From Longimicrobiales bacterium (lineage in GTDB: Bacteria; Gemmatimonadota; Gemmatimonadetes; Longimicrobiales; Gaopeijiaceae): 64,000 nt of DNA. Below, in pieces: positions 55,984 to 64,000 of the stretch. Each line of letters begins with the position of its first letter. The first letter of the stretch is position 1. Location of the stretch: contig OZ220732.1 in the NCBI GenBank assembly GCA_965116905.1, forward strand, positions 1,152,001 through 1,216,000. The letters are read 5' to 3'. A program made the position numbers and the translations under genes. Below the pieces are notes generated by a model that saw only the letters and a list, made by a program, of their open reading frames with translations, was not told where the DNA came from and searched no databases.

Positions 55984-56026
55984 AGGGGGATACCCGGAGA
56001 TGAAGGGGGATACCCGGAGATGAAGG
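55980..56026 (+). repeat. Perfect 20-bp tandem repeat (2.3 copies) at a gene junction
   Basis: ATGAAGGGGGATACCCGGAG x2, then ATGAAGG. Confidence 0.92.
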
Positions 56027-56961
56027 AGTTGAGGATCCACGCCGGCCTCTTCGTCGTCGCGGCGGTCGCGGCGTTTCTGACCTGGAACCGCGATACGGTG
56101 AACGAGGCCGACCGGGGCCTGACTCTGGCGTGGGACCGCGACACCCTGGATGTCGCGTCCGTGCACTACCTGTCACCCGTGGCGGACCTGCTGATCGAGC
56201 GGAGAACGGACGCCGACGGCGATTACCTCTGGGCTGTCGAGTCGGGCGAGCGGCATCCGAACGCGCTGGAGTACCCCGTGGGAGCTCCGGGGCATACGCT
56301 CGTCGGACGCCTCGCCGGCCTCAGGGTGATCCGCGACCTGGGTGAACTCTCGCCGGAACAGGTGGCGCGCTACGGTCTGGCGGACGCGGAGGAGCGGATT
56401 ACCGTGCGCTTTGGCGACGAATTGAGAGAACTCGTCGTGGGCGACTCGGTTTTCGGCGGCGCCGACCGGTACGCGACCGAAGCCGCCACCGGAGTCGGCT
56501 ACGTGATTCCGGCGGACATCGTGAATCCGCTTCGCATCGGCGAGGGAGCGATCCGCGAACGCTGGCTGCATCACTTCCAGGACGCGGAGATCGCCACGGT
56601 ACGGGTTGTGGCGGGCACCGGCGGCGAACCCCGGACGATGGCCCGCGGCGAGGCGGGCGAATGGACCGGGCCAGACAGCGCCGAGCCCGACGCGGGCTTT
56701 GCCAACCTGATGGACCGGGTGGGACAGCTGGCGATCGCCGGATACGGCGTGGATCCATCCTCGCTCGGCAACCTGATGCCCCTGCTGAGGGTGGACTACG
56801 TGGACGCCGAGGGATCCCCCCTGGGCTTCATGGAACTGTTCCGCGACGCCGGCGCCGAGCGGGACCCCTACTACATACGCAGCGAGCGGACGCGGGTCGT
56901 GGCCCGGGCGGTGACGACCCTCGCCGAGCGCGTCGAGCAGGGCCTGGGCGAGGCGTTTTGA
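56020..56961 (+). CDS. DUF4340-like protein
   Basis: N-terminal anchor; YGL...LVVG motif; position after gldG-like gene. Confidence 0.7.
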   Translation: MKELRIHAGLFVVAAVAAFLTWNRDTVNEADRGLTLAWDRDTLDVASVHYLSPVADLLIERRTDADGDYLWAVESGERHPNALEYPVGAPGHTLVGRLAGLRVIRDLGELSPEQVARYGLADAEERITVRFGDELRELVVGDSVFGGADRYATEAATGVGYVIPADIVNPLRIGEGAIRERWLHHFQDAEIATVRVVAGTGGEPRTMARGEAGEWTGPDSAEPDAGFANLMDRVGQLAIAGYGVDPSSLGNLMPLLRVDYVDAEGSPLGFMELFRDAGAERDPYYIRSERTRVVARAVTTLAERVEQGLGEAF

Positions 56962-57160
56962 GGGCGCACGACGCCGTGGCCGGGGCGCGGAGCGGACGCG
57001 CGGGCGCACGCGTTACTTGCGGTTTGGCACTTGTACCCCCTAGTATGGCAGGTGCACCTGGATGTTCCGGCAAGCGGTATCCAGGGCAACTCGACGGGTC
57101 GCGGCACGCCGCCGCCTGGCGCGTCGACAAAGTCCCCCACCTCCAAAAAGGAGAGGCGAC

Positions 57161-60148
57161 ATGAATTTCCGTTACCACCCAACCCAGGGAGCGAGACCAC
57201 TCTCTCTCCTGGCCGTGGTGGCCGCCATGGCGTTCCTTCTGCCGGCCCAGGCGGTCGCGCAGGACGGTTCCGTCACCGGTCAGGTCACCGCGGCGACCAC
57301 GGGGCAGCCGATCAACGGCGCCCAGGTCACGATCATGGATACGTCGCTTGGCGTGCTGAGCAACGTCAGCGGCCGTTTCCTGATCAACAACGTACCCGTC
57401 GGCACGCACACGGTGCAGGTGGTGTACGTCGGCTACGGCACGCAAACCCAGGAGGTGGTCGTACCGCCCGGCGGAGCCGCCACCGCGGACTTCGCACTGG
57501 GCGTATCGGCCGTGGCGATGGACGAGCTGATCGTCACCGGAACCGCTGGCGCCGTGGAGCGGCGCAAGCTGGGAACTTCGGCGGCTTCGCTGAATGTGTC
57601 GGACGTTGCAGAGGTGACGCCGCTGGCCGACTTCAGCCAGACGCTCGAAGGCCGGATCCCCGGCGTGCGTTCCATCGGCACGGTCGGCGGCGTGGGTGCC
57701 GGCCGTGAGCTGAGGATCCGCGGCACCGACTCGTTCAGCCTCAGCCAGCGGCCCGTTATCTACATTGACGGTATCCGCGTCGACTCCCAGCAGCGCGAGT
57801 GGGGCAGCGGAGTACCCGGCACTTGGTTTGGCACGACCTGTTGCGCCTTCAGCGGCGGCGCGGGCGAGGATCGTCTTTCCGACCTGAACCCCGACGAGAT
57901 TGACCGCGTCGAGGTCCTCAAGGGACCGGCCGCTTCCACGCTCTACGGTTCGGAAGCGTCGGGCGGCGTGATTCAGATCTTCACCAAGCGGGGCCGGAGC
58001 AACAGTGCCGCGAACTTCGCCCTTACGGCCAACGCCGGTTTCAACCGGCATCGGGAGAACTTTCCCACCTCGCTGCGGAGCAATTTCCGGGGGAAAGACG
58101 GAACCATCGCCTGGGACCCTAACCAGACCCTTATTGAGAACGGGCTGATCAACTCCTACGACCTGACGGTCGACGGCGGCGGCGAAGCGGTCACCTACTT
58201 CGTCTCCGGGGGCTTCTCCTTCGAAGAGGGCTCCATCAAGCCCAACGACCAGAAGCGGGCCAACCTCCGGGTCAACCTGAATTGGACGGCCGGCGAGAAC
58301 CTCACGATCGCCGTGAACTCCGGGTACGTCAGGAACCGGATCTATTCGCTCCAGTCCGGCAACAACTGGCTCGGGATCTATACGAACGCGCTTCTCACCA
58401 ACCCCCTGAACGCCACTGCCGAAGAGCCCTACGGCGGCGGCCTCGACGTGAACGTGGCGGACGCTCAGGCCATCGACACCTACTCGGATACGGACCGGTG
58501 GACGGGTGGGGTCACGCTGAACTACAACCCGAGTCCGGACTTCACCCACAGGGCCACCATCGGTCTTGACGCGGTAAGCGACCAGAAGACACGCTACATG
58601 CCCTTCGGCCGCAACTACACCTACATCGGCAGACAGGGCGAGCGGAACATCGGATACCGCAATTCCCGGCAGTTCACCGCCGAGTACGTTGGGAACCTGA
58701 ACTACTCCCTGCCGGACTGGGCGGGTGGTCTGGCCGGTAACCTCGCCTTCGGCAGCCAGGGATACTGGGACATTACATCCTGGTCCATGGCGACGGGCCG
58801 GGGTTTCGCCGGCGAGGGTGTGACGACCGTGAGCGGCGCGGCCCTGACCCTGGGTGCCGAGGCGTTCGAAGAGGATGTCAACCTTGGGGTGTTCGTCCAG
58901 AATCGCTTCGACTTCGACAACCTGTTCGTCACCGCGGCCGTGCGCGCGGACGGAAACAGCGCTTTCGGCGAGAACTATGGCTTCCAGATTTATCCGAAGG
59001 CCGACGTGGCCTACAATCTGAGTGAAGGCATGCTTCCCGGCCTGATCAGCAGCGCCAAGGTGCGCGCCGCCGTCGGAATGGCCGGCAAGGCGCCCGGGGC
59101 GTTCGACCAGTTCCAGACCTATGTGCCCAACACGGTTCTGGCCGACCTGGCCGGTGTCCGGCCCAACAACCCCGGAAACGACGTGATCGAGCCCGAGGTC
59201 AAGATCGAGTATGAGGGTGGTCTTGAGCTGGGGCTGTGGAACGACCGGATCGGCGTGGATGCGACGTACTGGCACGCGCTCACGCAGAACGCCCTCCTGG
59301 GTATCCCGCTGCCGCCGAGCGAAGGCTTCTCATCCAGCAAGCGTCAGAATGCCGGAGAGATCCTGAACAGGGGCATTGAGGTGGCGATGAACACCACCAT
59401 CATGGACCGCAGCAGCTTCCGCTGGTCCACCGGCGTCAACTTCGAATGGATCCACAACGAGATCCTGGATCTTGGCGACGCGGCGTTCCCGGATTCCCTG
59501 CCGGTATACGGCGAGGACGGCTCCCTGGTTCGCTGGGACCAGTACATGCGGCTGGGCACCTATTGGGTCGGCCAGCCCATTTTCGACCAGTTGAGCCGAG
59601 TCATCACGGGGTGGGACCCCGCGACACGCAGACATTCGCGGTCGGCCTACAACACATATGTCGGCAACCTGCAGCCGAGCACGCTGGCGTCATTCAGCAA
59701 CGATTTCGCGATCGGCCAGTCCGTGCGCGTCGCCGTCCAGCTCCGGGGCGAGTGGGGCGCGGTCATGCGCAACTCCGACCGTGGGTACGGCGTCCGCCAG
59801 TTGGCCTACGACGAGTATCTCGAGCTGCTGAACTCCGACGGCTCCGCGACGCCTGCCAGCGATTCTCTCCTGGATCGCATGAGGCTCGTGTACCCGATCG
59901 ACAAGCGCGACAACATCCGGTTGCAGGAGGTGTCGGTCAACTATGCACTGCCCGCGGACCTGATGAGCGCCATCGGCCTGGGCCGTTCGTCCATCACCCT
60001 GTCGGGCTACAACCTCCACTGGTGGGACAACTGCAATTGTCCCGATCCGAACCAGCAGTATCGGGGTGGAGACGACTTCAGCACTTCGCCCTTCCTCGCG
60101 GTGCCACAACCGAGGAGGTTCCTGGTCTCCTTCAGGACCCGATTCTAG
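57161..60148 (+). CDS. SusC/RagA-like TonB-dependent transporter
   Basis: AGGAGAGG RBS; signal ending AVA-Q; MDELIVTG; DLNPDEIDRVEVLKGPAASTLYGSEASGGVIQIFTKRG; ends FRTRF. Confidence 0.94.
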   Translation: MNFRYHPTQGARPLSLLAVVAAMAFLLPAQAVAQDGSVTGQVTAATTGQPINGAQVTIMDTSLGVLSNVSGRFLINNVPVGTHTVQVVYVGYGTQTQEVVVPPGGAATADFALGVSAVAMDELIVTGTAGAVERRKLGTSAASLNVSDVAEVTPLADFSQTLEGRIPGVRSIGTVGGVGAGRELRIRGTDSFSLSQRPVIYIDGIRVDSQQREWGSGVPGTWFGTTCCAFSGGAGEDRLSDLNPDEIDRVEVLKGPAASTLYGSEASGGVIQIFTKRGRSNSAANFALTANAGFNRHRENFPTSLRSNFRGKDGTIAWDPNQTLIENGLINSYDLTVDGGGEAVTYFVSGGFSFEEGSIKPNDQKRANLRVNLNWTAGENLTIAVNSGYVRNRIYSLQSGNNWLGIYTNALLTNPLNATAEEPYGGGLDVNVADAQAIDTYSDTDRWTGGVTLNYNPSPDFTHRATIGLDAVSDQKTRYMPFGRNYTYIGRQGERNIGYRNSRQFTAEYVGNLNYSLPDWAGGLAGNLAFGSQGYWDITSWSMATGRGFAGEGVTTVSGAALTLGAEAFEEDVNLGVFVQNRFDFDNLFVTAAVRADGNSAFGENYGFQIYPKADVAYNLSEGMLPGLISSAKVRAAVGMAGKAPGAFDQFQTYVPNTVLADLAGVRPNNPGNDVIEPEVKIEYEGGLELGLWNDRIGVDATYWHALTQNALLGIPLPPSEGFSSSKRQNAGEILNRGIEVAMNTTIMDRSSFRWSTGVNFEWIHNEILDLGDAAFPDSLPVYGEDGSLVRWDQYMRLGTYWVGQPIFDQLSRVITGWDPATRRHSRSAYNTYVGNLQPSTLASFSNDFAIGQSVRVAVQLRGEWGAVMRNSDRGYGVRQLAYDEYLELLNSDGSATPASDSLLDRMRLVYPIDKRDNIRLQEVSVNYALPADLMSAIGLGRSSITLSGYNLHWWDNCNCPDPNQQYRGGDDFSTSPFLAVPQPRRFLVSFRTRF

Positions 60149-60161
60149 GGGAGGACGACCA

Positions 60162-61460
60162 ATGAACCTGTCAAAAACGAAGGGTGGGATTGCGGTTGCC
60201 GCCGCGGTTCTGGCGCTGGGGGCGTGTGACGAGCTCCTGACGGTCCAGGACCCGGGACGGTACACCGCGACCGACCTCGACGAAGCGCTTCCCGCCGTTG
60301 CGAACGGCGTGGAGGGAGCAGTCCATGAGGTCTTCGACAGTTGGGTGACTGATCAGGCGCTTTTGGGCGACGTCTACCAGCACACGGGGACCTGGGCCGG
60401 CTACGATGATCCGGACCATGGCCGCACCAACTACAACAACAACGGCACCAGCTTTGAGCAAGGCGCATGGCTGAGGGCGCAGTGGTTCGCGATGGACGCC
60501 GAGGAACGCTTCAAGCGGGTCCTGGGTGATGCCGAGGCGGCGAACAGCCCGTTGACCGCGCAGGTCAGACTGGGCGGCGGTCTCGCGGACATGCTTCTCG
60601 GCATGACCGCATGCGAGTCCGTGGGCGAGCCGACTGGTGCCCTGATGACCGACATGCAGATGCTGGCGCAGGCCGAACAGAAGCTCGGTGCCGCCATGAC
60701 TACGGCGCAGTCGGCGGGCCGACCGGAATACGCGATGGCTGCGCAGGCTGCCAGGGCTCAGACCCGCATGTTGCAGGGTGACTGGTCCGGGGCGGTCGCG
60801 GACGCTTCGGCGATTCCGGCCGGGTTTGAGTACTACGCCGTCTTCAACGTGCAGAGCACCAACTCGGTCGTTCAGCTCACCACCAAGAACAACAACGAGG
60901 CCGCCGGCCTCATGTACAAGTGGTGGCCGCTGATCGTGAAGAGCGATGATCCGGGATTCATGATGGATCCCTTGAGCGGCATGCCCGACAAGCGTCTCCC
61001 CGTATACTTCGACGGTGAGATCGCGACCGACAACGAGACTCCGCACTACAGCCAATGGAAGTACGTCCAGGACACGGACGACATTCCCATGCTGCATTCG
61101 GATGGCATGCGGCTGATCATCGCCGAGGCGATGGCGCGTTCCGGTGATTTCGCCGGTGCCACGGGGGTCCTGAACGAGTTGCGTGCGGCAGTGGGTCTGC
61201 CTGGGCATGAAGTGCCCACCACTCCCGAGATGATGGCCGAAATCGTCCTTTGGGAGCGTTTCGCCGAGCACTTCATGGAAGGTCAGCGCCTGATCGATCT
61301 GCGGCGCGCGGGTATAGTCCGCCAGATCTTCGAAGCGCTCAACGACCCGGACCGCCTGGGCGTCGGTCGGCCCACGCAGTGGCCGATGACCTCTACCGAG
61401 GCTCTCTACAATCCGAACATCGATGACGACCTGACCAAGAGGTGTCAGCCAAGGGCGTGA
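60162..61460 (+). CDS. SusD/RagB-like lipoprotein
   Basis: GGAGG RBS; lipobox LGAC; MRLIIAEA, ERFAEHFMEGQRLIDLRR, E...NPNI end. Confidence 0.9.
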   Translation: MNLSKTKGGIAVAAAVLALGACDELLTVQDPGRYTATDLDEALPAVANGVEGAVHEVFDSWVTDQALLGDVYQHTGTWAGYDDPDHGRTNYNNNGTSFEQGAWLRAQWFAMDAEERFKRVLGDAEAANSPLTAQVRLGGGLADMLLGMTACESVGEPTGALMTDMQMLAQAEQKLGAAMTTAQSAGRPEYAMAAQAARAQTRMLQGDWSGAVADASAIPAGFEYYAVFNVQSTNSVVQLTTKNNNEAAGLMYKWWPLIVKSDDPGFMMDPLSGMPDKRLPVYFDGEIATDNETPHYSQWKYVQDTDDIPMLHSDGMRLIIAEAMARSGDFAGATGVLNELRAAVGLPGHEVPTTPEMMAEIVLWERFAEHFMEGQRLIDLRRAGIVRQIFEALNDPDRLGVGRPTQWPMTSTEALYNPNIDDDLTKRCQPRA

Positions 61461-61502
61461 TCGCCATGTGGAGGTCCTGAACTCCGGGGATTCCCGGGGT
61501 GG

Positions 61503-61538
61503 ATGGGCGCGGCTCCCGCGAGCGGGGGTCGCGCCCAT
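61503..61538 (+). terminator. Hairpin between the two susD-like genes
   Basis: ATGGGCGCGGCTCCCGC / GCGGGGGTCGCGCCCAT, 17-bp arms with two G-U pairs. Confidence 0.6.
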
Positions 61539-61581
61539 TCCTGTATCGGGGTGGGGCGAGGGGTGCACAGGAGGGAGGAAC

Positions 61582-62823
61582 ATGAAGATGTCCAGCGCCT
61601 GCCGAGTGCTGATCGTTGCCACGTCGGCGTCACTCCTGTACGGTTGTGACGGTCTGCTGCACGTATCCGATCCGAACAACATCACGGCTGACGAGCTGGA
61701 CGCGAATCTGCCGCTGGTGGCGAATGGCGTCGAGGGTGCGGTCCACGATGTGGTTGACGATTGGGTCATCCGCCAGGCCCTCCTCGCGGATGTCTACCAG
61801 AGCACGGGAACACTCGCGGGGATTCGGGAGATCGATCTGGCGGAAGGTGATGCCGCAGTGCACGGCATGGTGGCGATCGCGAACGCCCTGACCAGGTCCC
61901 TGTGGTTTGCCGCGGACGCCGAAGCCCGCTTCAGGCGTGTCCTGGGAGAGGTCGCCGCCGAGAGCAGTCCGCTGACCGCTCAGGTACGCTTCTCCGCGGC
62001 TCTGGCCCATCTGTACATCGGGACGACGTTCTGCAGGTGGTCTGCCGCGCCTGGCGATGAAGTGGTCTCGGACGCGGAGATGCTGGCGCAAGCAGAGGCC
62101 GGGTTTGCCGATGCCATGGCTACCGCGCGGCGGGCGGGTAGCACGGAATACACCATCCCGGCGCAGGCGGGAAGGGCACAGGCGCGGATGCTGCTGGACG
62201 ACTGGTCGGGGGCGGAAGCCGATGCGGCGGCGATACCGGAGGGCTTTTCCTACGAGGCCGGCTTCAATGACGCCAATGCCAACTCGTTGGTGGAGCAAAC
62301 GAGCATCGCCCACAACAGGTACGCGGGGCTAATGTACAAGTGGTGGCCGCTGATCGAGCGGAGCACCGGGCCGGGCTCCATGCGGGATCCCTGGAGCGGC
62401 GCACCCGACCCCCGCATCCCGGTCTATTTCACCGGGGCACCTGGAGAAGACGGCGAGACGCCGTATCGCAGCCAGTGGAAATACTCCAACCTCGACGACG
62501 ACATCCCCATTCTGCACTCGGATCTCATGCAGTTGATCGTCGCCGAATCCAGGGCGCGGACCGGTGACCACGAGGCCGCGATGGTGGTTGTGAACCGGTT
62601 GCGTGTGGCGGTGGGCCTGACGGAGCTGGGCATGCCCGCCGACTCCGACATGATGGAGGCGATCCTCTTGCAGGAGCGCTTCGCCGAACTCTTCATGGAG
62701 GGACAGCGTCTGGTGGATCTGCACCGCAAGGGACTGATGCGCGAGGTTTTCGACGCCCTCGATGATCCCGCGCGGCCGGGGGAAGGCCGGCCATCCAAGT
62801 GGGGGGAGTGCGCACCGGGCTGA
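61582..62823 (+). CDS. Second SusD-like lipoprotein, paralogue of 60162-61460
   Basis: GGAGG RBS; lipobox LYGC; shared VANGVEGAVH, SPLTAQVR, AGLMYKWWPLI, ERFAE.FMEGQRL. Confidence 0.87.
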   Translation: MKMSSACRVLIVATSASLLYGCDGLLHVSDPNNITADELDANLPLVANGVEGAVHDVVDDWVIRQALLADVYQSTGTLAGIREIDLAEGDAAVHGMVAIANALTRSLWFAADAEARFRRVLGEVAAESSPLTAQVRFSAALAHLYIGTTFCRWSAAPGDEVVSDAEMLAQAEAGFADAMATARRAGSTEYTIPAQAGRAQARMLLDDWSGAEADAAAIPEGFSYEAGFNDANANSLVEQTSIAHNRYAGLMYKWWPLIERSTGPGSMRDPWSGAPDPRIPVYFTGAPGEDGETPYRSQWKYSNLDDDIPILHSDLMQLIVAESRARTGDHEAAMVVVNRLRVAVGLTELGMPADSDMMEAILLQERFAELFMEGQRLVDLHRKGLMREVFDALDDPARPGEGRPSKWGECAPG

Positions 62824-62856
62824 GCCGGCAGTTCTGCTCGCGCCGGCATGCGTCGG

Positions 62857-63999
62857 CTACAGCGACCGCAGGAAAGCCAGAACCTGGCTGCGGGCCTCTT
62901 CGGTCAGCCGTTGGAAGACATCCCGCGACGCGGCCGCTTCCCCGCCGTGCAGCAGAATCGCGTCCGACAGGCGCTGCGCGCGGCCGTCGTGAAGGAACTC
63001 GGAGCGGTGACCCAGCCCGACGAGTCGTGCGGTCTTCCACTCGGATGGGAGTACGCCTGGGGAGCAGACGTCGGCCAGTTCGGGTCCCATGTCGTGGAGC
63101 AGCAGGTCGGAGTAGAGGCGGAATCGCTTGCGGTCGAGTGCGGGAGATTCGCTGGCCGAGGTCGTGAAGGAGGGCGTGTGGCACGCGTCGCACCCCATGA
63201 ACGCGAAGATCTTCTCGCCCTCCTCGATGTCGGCCCGGGCCGCCGGATCTTCGGGCAGGATCGCTTGCGGCGGGGCCAGAAAGCGCATGTACGCGACAAG
63301 GAGCCCCAACTCTTCCGCGCCGACCTCGGGATCGGGCACCACGTCGATGCCCTCCGGCATGGGGACGCCGTTGTGGTCCAGTTCTTCCGGGTGAGTCGGC
63401 GTCGTGATCCCCATCTCGAGGCGGATCGCCTCTTCGATGAAGCCCTCCAGGGTGGTGTGCTGCGCCCTGCGGCCGAAACGGCCCGCCCGTCCGGCTGCGT
63501 CGAGGTTCGGACGGCCGGAGATGCCGTCGGCGTCGGCGTCGTCGGGGTCGGCGTTCCGCAGGATGTCCGCTTCCGCGATCTGCTCGACGAGCCCCAGCCC
63601 GTACACGGCCGGAGCCCGAATCTCGGTGGCGGCCGTGGCACCGGGCGGTATCCTCTCCGCTCCGAAGCCCAAGGCCCTGGCCGACTCGATCACGACCATC
63701 TGAAGCAGGTCGCCTCCGTGCTCCGAGAGCGTGCTGCAGCCCACGACGGGGTCGAATCGACTCACCTTGGTGACCGGCTCCGCGCCATGGCCGCCGCTCG
63801 TGGGCAAGTCGTGGCAGGAGCCGCACCGGTCCTGGTTGAAGAGGGGCCCCAGGCCGTCTTCGGGGGCGAAGGGCCGGTTGAAGAGAGCCTCACCCCTGGC
63901 GAAAGCCGACCGTTCGGATTCGGTCAGTTCCGGAAGCGGAAAGCCGGGTTCCGTCTCGGTGTACGGTGCCTGACCCAGCGCGCCACAGCCCGCCAACAG
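62857..63999 (-). CDS. Di-haem oxidoreductase (DHOR-type) lipoprotein, copy 2 (start beyond window)
   Basis: LAGC lipobox at the window edge; GLGPLFN, CGSCH, DPDDADADGISGR, CDACH, SDLLLHDMG, FLHDGRA. Confidence 0.88.
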   Translation of the reverse strand: MLAGCGALGQAPYTETEPGFPLPELTESERSAFARGEALFNRPFAPEDGLGPLFNQDRCGSCHDLPTSGGHGAEPVTKVSRFDPVVGCSTLSEHGGDLLQMVVIESARALGFGAERIPPGATAATEIRAPAVYGLGLVEQIAEADILRNADPDDADADGISGRPNLDAAGRAGRFGRRAQHTTLEGFIEEAIRLEMGITTPTHPEELDHNGVPMPEGIDVVPDPEVGAEELGLLVAYMRFLAPPQAILPEDPAARADIEEGEKIFAFMGCDACHTPSFTTSASESPALDRKRFRLYSDLLLHDMGPELADVCSPGVLPSEWKTARLVGLGHRSEFLHDGRAQRLSDAILLHGGEAAASRDVFQRLTEEARSQVLAFLRSL

Positions 64000-64000
64000 G

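Noticed and set aside
55980..56026. Possible CRISPR array (also the 33-bp repeats at 45758-45910)
   Set aside because: Repeats are contiguous with no spacers and no cas genes; the 33-bp set is coding.
57024..57046. Sigma54 promoter at TTGGCAC upstream of susC
   Set aside because: No TTGC at the -12 position; a weak sigma70 match (TTGCGG-N18-TAGTAT) is possible but unproven.
259..59275. Many long antisense or alternate-frame ORFs (e.g. 259-2019, 9421-11697, 35310-38078, 56828-59275)
   Set aside because: Shadows of real genes caused by high GC and codon bias; no recognisable motifs and they overlap well-supported CDSs.

Overview
A GC-rich bacterial window with about 40 credible genes; the gene content (SusC/SusD pairs, ADOP permease, many S9/S12 hydrolases, DUF4837, DUF5916) best fits Gemmatimonadota, which is an inference. 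It is dominated by envelope and scavenging functions: four SusC-like TonB-dependent transporters, five SusD-like lipoproteins, three S9 peptidases, three beta-lactamase-fold serine hydrolases and no recognisable glycoside hydrolase, suggesting peptide/amide uptake rather than glycan uptake. Housekeeping genes are dnaE and a stand-alone 5'-3' exonuclease. The best candidates for an undescribed system are: (i) a SusC with CC and CxC motifs followed by two SusD paralogues, in a block bounded by two di-haem DHOR-type lipoproteins that also holds a GldAFG-DUF4340 ABC module and follows a His-rich DUF4399 protein and a PPIase; (ii) two tandem RnfD/NqrB-like membrane proteins fused to Cys-rich Sel1-like repeats, downstream of a SusC/D pair; (iii) three barrel-less 'plug-only' TonB-receptor-like proteins; (iv) a Tat-exported sarcosine-oxidase-fold flavoprotein coupled to a cytochrome c; (v) ATGA-linked mini-ORF relays inside the Gld-like operon. 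No rRNA, tRNA, CRISPR array or transposase was seen. Family calls come from motif recognition by eye, not database searches.
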